Assembly: GCF_009914755.1 (NCBI RefSeq)
Contig: NC_060936.1
Direction: 5' to 3' (one strand)
DNA length: 64,000 bases
Source of the DNA: the human T2T-CHM13v2.0 reference genome, Homo sapiens
Part shown: positions 24,786 to 39,980 of the stretch, one piece after another
Layout of the letters: each line of letters begins with the position of its first letter
How positions within the stretch are numbered: the stretch's first letter is position 1
Program-made: the position numbers and the translations under genes
Notes under the pieces: generated by a model
Databases searched by the model: none
Told to the model about the DNA's origin: nothing
The model's input: the letters and a program-made list of their open reading frames with translations, nothing else

Positions 24786-27284
24786 CTATACATCCTCATT
24801 CTTTTTTTTAATAGAAAGCTCCCTAATGATACCACTCACCCAACTCCACTGTCATCAAATCAAATTGTAGTGACTAAGTGAATAATTTGCCTCTCCCCAA
24901 CCTATGTCATATCACCTTTATATATATATTTATTTGAATTCACAATACACATATATATTACAATAGCAATCCTTAGTTTCTCCTGGTCTTTATCATCATG
25001 TCTCTTATCTGGTCCTGGATGTAACATAAAAGGCATCTTAAATAGTTATGACATAGGAGTCCACACTCTCCTAGGAAGATGAGGGCTTTCCATTTCCTTT
25101 TCGTTTATCTCTGATACTCAGGACAAAGCAGCCTACCATACCAGGGAATCTGACGCTTTAGAGAAACAGAAATTATCCCTGCATGGAAAATCAGTCTGGA
25201 TTCCCCTGAATTAAATATTTTAAATCTCATATTGAGATTTAAATCCATAAACTCTGATTTCTGGCAAGGATCACACCCCTCATTTCACAATCACTATGTA
25301 AGAAAATGTTTGCCACATTTTATTTCAGACTTTGAATTATAATACCTATAATTTATTTAATAGTAAGTACAAGACTTGCCACTAAGTGTTTTATACACAT
25401 GGTGTTATTCAATCCTCATGAGAACCCTAGTTAAATATTATAAAAATTTCTATTTTATTTAAAAAGGATAAAAAAGGAAAATAGTATCAAAAAAAAATGC
25501 CCTTCCCCCTGATCCCAGCAGCAATGAAAAGCTGAGACCTCCTTAGTTGTCTGCTTAACCAAATTAGACAGATAGCTGAAGAACATAAGAACTAGAAGGA
25601 ACCACCAATAAGAATAAGCTTGTAAGAAGAGGGGGTCGGGGGGTGACAGCTTTTCATTTTTATATACATCAGCCTACATTTGTAGTTCACAACTATCTGT
25701 TAAATAGGACTGATATTATTATAGAGATATTTTCTAAGAAAGAAACTGAATTTCCCAAAACCCTAGTTTCTTTTTTTTAAGTAGAAGAAAATAGAACTAT
25801 ATATTTAGTCAAGTGGGATGTTTGGTTTAGTTAAGAAAAAAAATTCAATATAAAGCAAAGGCAAGAAGCTAATTTAGAGTGATACAGCAATAAGCTCACA
25901 ATGCCCAGAGAGAAGGCCAAAGTCTTGAAACCAGATAGTCTGCCCAATCCACTAAGCTTCATCATTTTAAATAAATTTGCACTACTGGGATATTATCTCT
26001 CTCTCTCTCTCTCTCTACTTTTTGCTTGTATTGACTGGATTTTTCCTGCGTTAAATGAAGTTATTTACTTGAATTGGTCATCCCTATTTACTAAAAGCCA
26101 GACAATTTGTATGTTTTACTAAGTATGATATTATAAAGCAAATTATGAACAAGTGAAACTAATTTAATTGAAGAAAATGAGATTGCATACTTCGGTAATT
26201 TAATGAAATTAAGAGTTGTTCATTCTCACTTTCTCTCTCAACCCAACGCATTGCCACTGAGGCCACTTTTCCCAGTCACTTTGCAAACAATTGTTAGGCA
26301 CTTTGCACATGCAGTAAGCTTAGCGTCTATCGGTGATGTAAGGAAGACATTTAGCCCCTATTTCAGGAGGCTTGGAGAACCCCGGCATCCTTCCACTAGT
26401 CGAAAGTTATAATAAAAAGCTAGTCTCCTCCTCCATGTCCTTACACAGTTGGTGGGCTTCCGCATGGTAGCATAAAGATCGTGATGGATTTATCATCTTA
26501 GGTAAACAAGGAATTCACATAAAGTCCCACATTTTCCCTGGAGATCCCTCTACTTCACAGCCCACAGTTAGAAGGAAGTCTTCCCCACATGGCTCGAAAG
26601 TTATAGGGACAATTCTGGAGATTCTTAAACTAGCAGTTTAGTAACACAGAACTGGCACTGTGGCATTGCACGTCTGTCCCTGAATTCTATCACATAAGAT
26701 GAGAATCTTGAATTTTCTTAACTAAAACAGCTTCCAAGGGGATAGTGATCTGGCTGGGACATCAGCCACCCACACTGGGCACAAAGACTATCTTAGAGGT
26801 GCTGCCATTTTGGTTGTAGTCTCTTTCTTATCTGTGATCACTCTTTCCCAACACTTCTTTCTCAGTCTAACCCAAAAAAGACAATATGAACCCATTAGAA
26901 ATGGATATACTTTAAGTTACTGTTCTGCCATGCTGAAAATTTTGTATTATGTCACATTCCTTCAACCTGTTCCCTTTATAATGAACACCATGAATTTGCA
27001 GCATAACGCCACAGTACTGTTGGTTGTCTGCATTTATAGACTACATTGTAATCACTAGAGAGATTACTGTACCACTAGAGGATCAAGTACATACCCTTAG
27101 GCTTACTAACATGATTTTGTAAATATATGAGCTAGTCAGCAAGAGATATTTTCTATCCAAGTATTTTTTAGTATTTACTATATGTATGATACGGTGATTT
27201 TTTTTTAAGTGTATGGGCTTGCTGTTTTGTGTCTGTTCTTTACTTTCTCCATCTTAGACACACAACCTCAGAATGAACCTAGAT

Positions 27285-27504
27285 CAGAGTCTGCGAATTT
27301 TTCCTGTAAAGGGTCAGACAGTAAGTATTTTAGGCTTTGAAGACCACAGTCTTTGTCCCAGCTACTCACTCTGCCACTGCAATGTGAAAGCAACCTTAGA
27401 CAACATGTAAACAAATAAGCATGGCTGTGCCCCAATAAAACTTTATTTACTAAAACAGGTGACAGGCCAGATTTGGCCCATGGGCCATAGCTTGCTGCCC
27501 CCTG
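27285..27504 (+). mobile_element. MER58A hAT-Charlie MITE
   Basis: ctgtaaagggtcagacagtaa...ccaataaaactttattt...gggccatagcttgctgccccctg; 8-bp TSD acctagat/acctaaac. Confidence 0.92.
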
Positions 27505-28704
27505 ACCTAAACTTAAGGGTTAATGAGGGCAGGAAACTATCTGTTCTTGCACCTCTTGCACCTATCATACAAAGAATATTCAAATGTGTTAACTAAATGA
27601 ATAAAAATAAATTTCAAGAAACAAAACTGTTCTGTATCAATCATAATAGCAACTGCATAATATTCTATATCTGTCAGTGTGGTATAAAGTAGCTTGTCAT
27701 TAGAGAAGCATTTGCTGAATAACTGAAACTCAGCTTCATACCAAAGATCAAAGTCTATTTTTTATTCTTAATTTATCCACTGGGTTACCTTTGGGGAATT
27801 TATTCTTGTTTCAAAACATCACTAAAAGATGCATTAAACTTAGGCTGTGGCCCTGCATATATTTACTCCTTTTAAAAGTGCTCAAGTAGAAACAGGCATG
27901 TTTAAAAGCTCTTTTTATGCGTGTGTTCCCACTCACATGTTGTTTTAATTTTTCAGTTTCATCAGGGCAGGTAAGCTGCCATCTGGTTGATTCTTGACAG
28001 CTCTCAGTGGTTTTAGCAGAAACTTCGGCAGTTGATTTCTTTTTTTTTTAATGAAGGTAGCCAATGTTTTGACAAAACATTGTCAAACAAAACAAAACAC
28101 CCCTCTATCCCTATAGAAATTATTGAGTCTTCAGAACTTGTTTTCTGACCAAGTATTCCCAGAAAGGATTCATAATTTTTCTTCCCTTTCAAGAATTCTC
28201 CCCTTTTTCAGTCAACTGTCACAACTGATAGCTTACTGGCAAAAAAGGGAGTTTTTAACTTTCAGTACAAAATAAACAACATAGCACTGCAAATAAACCT
28301 TTTGAAATGATAAGCATAATACTTTTGTAATGGCATTTTCACATCTACTGTTATTAAAAATATGTCCAGATGCCAAAATAAAGGAAATCAAAATTATGAT
28401 CACCCAAAATAAATGATTTTTTTTCTGGTTAAATATAGAAGTGTTGGTTCTAAAGATTTATAATAAAAATTTATCATAACTGGGGGCCTATATTTCTTAA
28501 CCAAAAAAAAAAAAACTTCCATTTTCAGGGCATAAAAATTTACCTGACTTCCACCCCATTTTCTAATGTACATTTTAACATCTTTAGTTCAAAAATCTTT
28601 ATCCAGAGGCTTTATAAATAGAGAAATGAGCAGTACTCGAAAAAAAAAAAAGGTAGGGGGGGAGGCGAAAGAAAGGAAGAAAAAGATTGTATCTACTGTA
28701 TCCT

Positions 28705-28862
28705 ACATTCAACCCCAGATATGTCTGGCTATTAGAATCATCTGGTCAGTTTTTAAGAATACAAACAACTAGACCCCATGACAGGGTCAGGCTGGAGAAT
28801 GTGTTGGTTTTGATTGGGGTGCTCTCCAGCTGGTCCTGATGGCATCAGATTCTGGAACCCCT
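28705..28862. mobile_element. MER5-like hAT MITE (degenerate)
   Basis: attagaatcatctgg...tttaagaataca...ctccagctggtcctgatg. Confidence 0.5.
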
Positions 28863-29441
28863 CAACAGAGGACTCTTTCCCACTAAGACTGCTACATCTG
28901 GTCAAAGCTCTAATGATAATCAGAAAGGCCCCAGACGCCTCTTCTCATCAGTAGGTAGATTTTCTTTTCATCTTTTTTATCTTCACCTAAAATTAGGTGT
29001 CAGCCACAAAATCCTTTTTACTCCTGCTATAAGCCCATCATCTGTCTTAACAATCACAGACCCTCTTTCATTCTGTAGCTCTTCCAGTCTTTGAAAATAA
29101 AGGCTGATGTGCATACACAGAAGTGTACTTTTCATGGAGCCATAAAATACAGTGACTGTTTCTAGTTCTGATGTAAAGAGAAGCCATTTATCAGTGTAAA
29201 CACCTCATGCCTTGATTACAAACATAAGTATGTGAAAATATTTATGGAACTTAAATTATGGAATTCAATGCAGCATTATGTCATTCCACCATACTTGAGA
29301 AAATCAGACAATAAGCAGTAATGATTAAAAGGAAGCAAAACAACAACAAATATTTACTGAGTGCCTTGATATGCCAGGTACTAGGATGATAAACAAACAC
29401 ATTATTTAAAAACAATGACAATAACAACAACAACAACTAGA

Positions 29442-29710
29442 GGCCAGGAGTGGTGGCTTATGCCTATAATCCCAAAAACTAGAAGGCTGAGAAAGAAGGA
29501 CCACTTGAAGCCAGGAATTGGAGAACAGATTTCTATAAAAAATTTAAAAATTTGCCAGACATGTATGTGCCTGTAATCTCAGCTACTTAGGACACTAAGG
29601 CAGGAGGATCTCTTTAGCTCAGGAATTCAAGACTTCAGAGAGCTATGATCATACCACTGTACTCCAGCCTAGGTGACAGAGTAAGACCCTGTCTCTAAAA
29701 AAATTAAAAC
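29442..29710 (+). mobile_element. Diverged AluJ with a small left-arm deletion
   Basis: J-type gagctatgatcataccactgtactccagcc...gaccctgtctct. Confidence 0.9.
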
Positions 29711-29897
29711 TGAAACTAAATAAACAGTTTTAGTAGGCAATTTCAGTGCCATGATTAATTAATTTGTTCATACAATTTCCCAACAAGTGGTTAAGTTCAC
29801 TGAAGGAAATAATATTTTAATGAAGCAAATTGTATAGATGTGGTAATGGCTGGTTTCTCTTTACTGCTGAGATTTTAAATATTTTTCTGTTATTGCA

Positions 29898-31980
<2,083 letters not shown>

Positions 31981-32601
31981 AAACCATGACCTCTGCTTTA
32001 TATTGTACACAGCTAATGGGTACTTTTGATAGTTAAATCAAGTTTCCAACAAGATTGATTTATTTTTTCTATGAAATGTTTGAGACCCTACGCTCTTATT
32101 TTCACCAGTTTCCCGCACTTAGCTTCTGGGGGGGCTTATACTGAGAGATTAGCTAGGAAGTTAATGAATATAACTTTTCTGAAGTAAGATACTAAAGGCT
32201 TCAAGTAAGACAGCCACAGTGCAGAAAGGGCAGGGAGGAAATGGAGAAGAAGAAATATTAAGCATGCCTCTAAGGTTTTTTTCTGGTTGGCAACCTGGGA
32301 GAGTTGTGGTACTGGATCCAACAAGATAGGAAATATGTAAGGAGCATCTCTGATGTGACAGATGGAAAGAAATGACCAATTCAATCACAAACACATTTCT
32401 TGTGTAATGCCCTCAGAATCAAATGCCTTCAGGTGTGATATTGTACTGGTAGAAGAAAATAACAACCCTACCTGAATACTCAAGAGGAAGGGCAATAAAT
32501 ATATACACTTATTACTTGTCAACTAAAAATAAAAAAAAAACAACTATTTTTTTAAAGGGTAGGAGCAAACTCAAGATATGTCAAAGTACTCTAAAGATGT
32601 A

Positions 32602-33141
32602 TGTATCAGCTGTCTATTTGCCACAATGATGCTGCATAATGAAAAACTACATAAGCATTTATTTTGTTCAAGGTTCTGCTCGTGATTGGATGGTTCTGCT
32701 GGTGATTGGATGGTTCTGCTGGTGATTGGATGGTTCTGTTGGTTCCAGCTAGGCTCACTCATGTTGCTTTGGTCAGAGGCAAGCCTGGTTGGGTTAACAT
32801 TGCTGATTTCGGCTAGCTTTAAAGCTTTGGCTGCAACAAAAAGGCTGTCTCAGCACTGCTATTGTGGTCTCTCATCCTCCAACAGACTGATTCTCAAGGG
32901 AGTGGCAAAGTTTAGTGAGAGGAAGCAAAGGCACAAAAGGCCTCTAGAGGCCTATCAACTGGGCACAGCTTTACTTCTGCACATTATATTGACTAAAGCA
33001 AGTTCTAAGGGCAACTCAGATTCAAGGGGTAGGGAAACAGACTCTGCCTCTTGATGGAAGAAGTTCAAAGTCATATTACAATGGGTATAAATAAAGAGAG
33101 GGAAGGAGAATAGGGGCCATTTTTGCAATCAATGTATCATA
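32602..33141 (-). mobile_element. MLT1G/H-like MaLR LTR
   Basis: tgtatcagct...atgctgcataa...cagattcaagggg...agactctgcctcttgatggaag. Confidence 0.82.
32672..32743. repeat. 20-bp tandem repeat x3.6 (ggttctgctggtgattggat)
   Basis: Units start at 32672, 32692, 32712 and 32732. Confidence 0.97.
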
Positions 33142-36100
33142 TTTCTTAACCCATTTTTTTCTGAAACAACCTGTTTCTGTTTATTCAACTTAGAAAAAGA
33201 GAATTAGAGATCTGTAAAATTTTAGACCTAAATGGGACTTTCGTGGTTATGCTCTCAAATTGCATGCCAGAACCTGAAGTATAAGTAGATTTAATAACTT
33301 ATGAACAAAATCTAAATAGGTATAAGCCTAAGATTAGAAAGTAGGCTTTCCAAGGTCTGGATCCACGCCCTTTCATCAAACCATGACACTGGTTCCCCAG
33401 AGTATTCAACCTTTTTAAATAACTGTTCACTCACAAGGCCTTTTTTTCCAGAACAATATTTGGAAATTTACAGTTTTTTAATTTAAATAATAAAATCTTC
33501 ACTCGCAGGAAATATGAACACAAAGACACTTTTTACAAATGACTCCTTTTATCCATCATTATCCACAATTATTTAGTAAGTAATATAAAGATATTTGTGA
33601 CTAAATATAATGACTATGTGCTATAAAAAGAAAATTATATAAATGGATTTATCGTTACTTAGCTTGACTCTGTAGCACTTGGATTAATAACTTCTTTAAA
33701 AACAGAACATAAAACATTCTAATCACTTATTTAAGGTTTCTAGAAACACTTTCTGATTCATAAATGTTCTCTCCTCATGCTACTTGATTTTTCTAGTTTA
33801 TCTTGCTTTACTAATAATTAAGGAACTCTAAATTGAGAGTACATGTAAGTTATTAGATGATGACAAATGTCAACCTGATTTCTCATGCATAGCAAACTAA
33901 TTTAAGAGTACAGAATTTTATGCTTTCTACTTGAAGTACACTTTATTATAGTCCATAATCAGCCTTTATAAACAGGGGATGATGAGAATGAAGTCTATAC
34001 CCCCTCCTTTTTTTCTAACTAGAAATGTAGAAATAACTAAATAACTAAACTATAAAAAGAAAATGGTTAAATAAATTCTGGATATTCCACACAAAGGAAT
34101 ATCAAATCAATGACAAGGGAAAATGCTCTAAAGATAATGTTAAGATCAAAAAAAAACAATAAAAGAAAGAAAGAAAATATTTATATATAGCATAATCCTG
34201 ATTGTTTAAATGTATACAATACAAACACTGGAAGGATCTATGGCAAAATATGAACAGTGGTTTCTTTCTTTGGATGAAGAAACTTTAAGTGACTTATACT
34301 TTCTTCTTTGTACTTTTATGTATTTTTTAATCAAATCAAAATAAATTTTAAAATTACATTATTTAAAAGATTAATAATTGAAAAACGAGAAAGGAAAGTA
34401 AATCACAAGATTAAAATGGTGAACATTTAAAATGCAATAAGCCTTTTAAAATTAATATATCTGAATAAAATAATTATTTAATAAAACATTTTACATGAAC
34501 TTGATTTTTTAATCATCCTGTTTTCAAAATTAGTTATGAAACCATAAAATTAGAATGCATGACACAACAATCCCATTTTGCAGAAAAGAAGCTGACTCAT
34601 GCCCAGAAAGATTAAATGACTGATTTATCCAATAATATGTAGTCAGAACCAAGACTCACCACCTAGCCACATTCTTTCTATTTTATCATTCTTCCTCTCT
34701 AAAAACCCTAAAAGGAAAAATAAATTAAAATACTGAGAATTAATACATAATATACTAGCAGGCTGTTTTAGTATACAAATGTCTTGCTCATCTTCTTTTA
34801 TTTATGAGTACATTTCTAGAAACAGTACCTCTGAAGTTTAGCACTTTTGTTTTAAAACATTATTACTTTCCAGATTCACATATGGCAATGTTTTGATTTG
34901 TTTGACATTTTCTTCTTGATAACAAATGACATTTTGCTTCAGAGCCTTTAGTTTAGAAAGACAGAGCAACACACAAAGCTAAGAACCAAAGCATCTATTT
35001 TTTACTTACTAGTAATTGAAAGACAGTGCACACCTTGAGCCAAAATTTATCTCATTAAATTTTTAGGCTGTTGATATTTTTAAAATGCACATGACATGGT
35101 TCCTGATTTCAAAGAGCTTATGGCACATTGGAGGGAGATAGATATACAAGTAACTAAGAGCAATACAAGGCTGCAGTTACTAAAACAAATGTCTTTACAA
35201 GCATAAAGGAGAGGCTAGTTACTTCTACATTGGGAGATATGAAGTAAGGCCTTCAAGAACTGTTTTATAAACTGAAAGATTGAGCCGAAAATTCTTCAAT
35301 ATAGTTCAAAATTACATTTTTTTAAAAAAAATGAAGAAAACAATGAGTGACATCAGCAAGATGGCTGACTAGAAGCCTCGAGTCCTACTGCATGCATCAG
35401 AGGAGTAACAGAACCCTGGTGAGCACAAAATCCCAGGAGGGCCACATAGGGAACAGCAGAAAACACCAGGACCCCACAACCCCATCTCCCAAAAAGAATC
35501 AGCTGGGAACCAGGAGGAACTTCTCCCCCTCTCAAGGAGGTAAACAAGAGGATTTCAGCAACCCCCATTAACACCTTGGACACCTGCAGTCATTACACTG
35601 GGGTCCCCTGCAGTCCTCACAAGCACTAAGCCCAGCTAAGGGAGCTGCCTGGAGTTCACACAGCTGTGATCCCCCCGGAGAAGGAGCCGGCACTGTGCCC
35701 CACCCCATGGCCAGCGCAGCTACAGTGCTATGCCATTTTGGAAGTGGAACTACAGCTGGCGTGTCTTGTGCTAGGGGAGAGTAGCCACTTCATCCCTGAG
35801 CCTAAGCCACCACTGAGCCACCTCAGCCTAGCGGCCCAATATCCCTAATCAGAGCTGAAAGCAGCTGTTACACACTTCCCTGTGGGGCCAAGTAGAGATG
35901 GAGCTGCTTTACCTACTCCTGCTCTATCTACTCAGGCCAAAGCTGAAGTGGTATGCAGCCTTCTGGAAAAATAGCACCTTGGCTGCTCAGAACAATTTTG
36001 CCTCCATGGTACCTTACTTGCAGCAATGTCCTGCATCCCAGGAAATGGTGCTTGGATCACTCAGAACAGTCACACAGTATGACCTGAGCCAAAGCAGCAC

Positions 36101-36709
36101 ATTGTCCTGGGAAAATTGGTGCCCTGGCTGAGCTAATCAGCTGCACATCCCAGGGCTGAGCTGATGTAGTACACTTATCCCAGGAAAACAGGACAATGGC
36201 TAAGCTGAGACACCCCACCCTATATCCCTACTGGCCAAACAACTCTAATTACCCTGCTTCCCTGGAGCTGGACTACCTCCCTAGAGTCTGAGCTGCTGAG
36301 ATACTCCTCTCACTGGACAGTGGAGTCATTACTGTGCTGTCCTTCCCCTCCAACCGCTGCAGAACCCTCTCAACAGCTACCTGCCATTCTGGGGTACTTG
36401 CTGCCACTGTACTGGGCCTAACAGAGTCTGGGATAGTGCTGAGCCCCATCATCCTGGAGTCTAGAGACACTACTACAAAGTGATTTATCTGCTAGGACAT
36501 CAGTTGTCACAGAGCCCTATTGGCTAAGGTTCCCAAATTGCAGCTGTATTCTGTTCCCCAGGCTCAAATCTCCAGAGCACTCCTTCTTCCTCAAAGTTGG
36601 GCCAGTACTGTGCCTTGGCCCCCCAGGGGTAGAATCATAGCTACAACCAGCCCCCACAAGCCCAAGCTACTAGGAAGTGCCTCAGAGTCACAGATCCTGG
36701 TTCTGTGGG

Positions 36710-36829
36710 CAACTCTGCTACAGAAAGCAATTCTGTAACCCAATTCTACATTCAACTCTGCTACAGAAAGCAATTCTGTACCCCAATTCTACATTCAACT
36801 CTGCTACAGAAAGTAATTCTGTACCCCAA
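36710..36829. repeat. 43-bp tandem repeat x2.8 in the L1 5' UTR
   Basis: Units start at 36710, 36753 and 36796. Confidence 0.97.
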
Positions 36830-39437
36830 GACCCAGGTGCCACAAGAGGTTTACAAGATCCTGAGACTAGGACCCCAGCCCCACAGCAACTCTGAGCTCC
36901 TGCACCTGGAAACCTATGCCGTGCAGCTGCTTATAGGCTATGTCAGACCTAACACCAAGAGGATCCCCTTGCCTAAGGCTCCTCAGGGGAGGTGGGGAAT
37001 GTGAAAATAAGAGGATCTCAAAAGCCCTTGACACTAAGGACATTAACAAACTATGCCACTGCTACAAACTTCTACAGCATAGGTGACTGGAGTGCCCAGA
37101 ATTATTGCTGATGTTGAACACAGCTGAAGAAGCTGCATGAAGACTGCACTTATCTGGAAACAGAGTCCCTATACCCTTCCTAACTAGTACACTAAAACCC
37201 AGTTGCAGGTGAAAGTATTTCTCTATGAAAGCCACTGTAGAAATTTTGGAAGAGGTATCAGATACAAACATCAATGCAGGGACAAAAGAAACATGAAAAA
37301 GCAAAAATATATGACACCACTAAAGGAACATAATTCCATAACAGACCCCAATAAGAAAAAGCGAACCCCAATAAAAAGGAAATTAATAAATTTCCAGATA
37401 AAGAATTAAAAATAATCATCTTGAGGGAACTAAATGAGATATAAGAAAATACAAACAGATAATTCAATAAAATCAGGAAAATTATTTATGATATGAATGA
37501 GAAATTCAACAGAGATAGAAATCAGAAAAGAATGAAACAAATCCTGCAGATAAAGAATTCAATAGGAATAAAATTTTAAAATACAATATAACAATAGAGA
37601 GCTTCAACAGCAGACATGATTAAACAGAACAATCTCTGAAATTGAATATAAGTCATTAGAAATTACCCAGTCCAAGAAATAAAAATGAAAGGGTGAGGAA
37701 TGCCTACAAAACACATGGGACACCATTAAGCAAACAAAATTCTGTATTATGGCATTACCAGAAGGAGAAAAGTAGGGAAAAGGTATAGAAAACTGATTAA
37801 TGAAATATCTGAAACCTTCCGAAGTCTGGAGAAAGATACAGGTATCTAGATCCAGGAAGCTCAAACAGATTCCCAAACAGATTCAACCCAAAAAGGTCCT
37901 CCCAAGGCTTACAGTCAAATTGTCAAAAGTCAAAGAAAAAAAGACAATTCTGTAAGTAGTAAGCGAAAAGCATCAAGTCACATATAAGGGAATCTCCTTT
38001 AGACTAACACCAGATTTCTCCATATAAACCTTACAGGCCAAGAAAGAATGAAGTGACATATTCAAAGTGCTGAAGAGAAAAAAAAATCCAGCCAAGAATA
38101 CTATACCTAGCAACACTATCTTTCAGAAATGAAGGAGAAATAACATCTTTCCCAGATAAGCAAAAACTGAGAGAAATCATCTCTCATCACCACTAGACCA
38201 ATTTATAAAATATGTTCAAGGTAGTCCTATGTCTAGAAGAAAAGAGATATAATTACTATCATGAAAACACACAAAAGTATGAAATTCACTAGTACAGCAG
38301 ACACAAAGAAGAGAAAAGAATCAAATCTTATCACTACAGAAAACCACCAAACTGCAATGGTACAAAATAAGAGGAAAAAAGACACAAAAGCTATACAAAA
38401 AAAAAGAAAAAAACAGAAAGCTACTAACAAAATGACAGGAGTAGGTCCTTCCTTGTCAGTAATAACCTTGAATAAAATGAATTAAATTTCTCCACTTAAA
38501 ATTTTGATATGGACTGAATGAATGGATTTAAAAAAAAAACCTCAACTATATACTGCCTAGAAAAACATTCCACCTGTAGAGACACACATAGACAGAGAGT
38601 GAAGAAATGGAAAAAGATATTCTATACAAATGAATATCAAAAGCAAGCTGGAGTAGCTATACTTATGTTAGATAAAATGCACTTTACATCAAAAATAGCA
38701 AAAAAGAGGCCAAGAAGATCATTATATAATGATAAAATTATCAATATAGCAAAGGATGTAACAATTATATATATAAATGCACCCAACACTGGAGCACCCA
38801 GATGTATAAGGCAAATATTATTGGAACTAAAGAGAGAGATCAACTCCAACACAATAATAGTTGGGGACTTCAATACCCCTACTCTCAGCATTGAACAGAT
38901 CATCTAGGCAGAAAATCAACAGAGAAACATTGAATTTAAACTGCACTTTAAACTAAATGGACCTATCAAACATTTATTGAACATTTCATCTAACAGCTGC
39001 AGAACACATATTCTTTTCATCATTACATGAAACATTCTCTGGGAAAGACCACAAGCTAGGTCACGAAACAAGTCTCAACAAATCTAAAAGAATTGAAATC
39101 ATACTATCTTTTCTAACCACAATGGAATAACATTAGACAATAACAACAGGAACTTCTGAAGTTGTACAAATACATGGAAATTAAACAATGTACTGCTGAA
39201 TGACCAAAAGGATACACTGTTATACGCTGTTGATGGGAATGTTAATTAGTATAGCCATTATGCAAAACAATATGGATCAATGGGTCAATAAAAAAAATTA
39301 AGAAATAAATTAAAAACTCTTTGAAACAAGTGAAAATAGAAACACAGCATACTAAAACCTATGGAATACTGCAAAAGCAGTTTTAAGAAGGAAGTGCATA
39401 GTAATAAACACCAACATTAAAAAAGTAGAAAGATTTT

Positions 39438-39980
39438 TTTTAATTTTATTTTATTTTAAGTTCCAGGATACAGGTGCAGGACCTGCAGGTTTGTTATGTA
39501 GGTAAACGTGCGCCATGGTAGTTGGCTGCGCCTATCAACCTATCACCTAGGTATTAAGCCCCATATGCATTAGCAATTTATCCTGATGCTCTCCTTCCCC
39601 CCACGACCACAACAGACCCCAGTGTGTGTTGTTCCCCTCCCTGTGTACATGTGTTCTCATTGTTCAGCTCCCACTTCTAAGTGAGAACATGTGGTGTTTG
39701 GTTTTTTATTCCTGCATTAGTTTGCTGAGGATAATGGCTTCCAGCTCCATCCATGTCCCTGCAAAGGACATAAACTCATTCCTTTTTATGGCTGCATAGT
39801 ATTCCATGGTGTACATGTACCACATTTTTCTTTATCCAATCTTTCACTGATGGGCATTTGAGTTGATTCCATGTCTTTGCTATTGTGAATAGTGCTGCAA
39901 TGAACATAAACTTGCTTGTATCTTTGTAATAGAATAGTTTATATTGTCATTCTATTATAAATTATTCAAAACCATTCTAT
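39438..39980 (-). mobile_element. L1PA (PA8-like) 3' end nested in the L1MA
   Basis: ttttaagttccaggatacaggtgcagga...; TSD tagaaagatttt (39426) / tagacagatttt (39981). Confidence 0.93.

Noticed and set aside
36710-36829. Hairpin-containing direct repeats as a CRISPR array (also 32672-32743)
   Set aside because: Head-to-tail units with no unique spacers, no cas genes, primate DNA
38518-38907. 129-aa endonuclease-like ORF
   Set aside because: Fragment of a dead L1 ORF2, broken on both sides, with RT deleted
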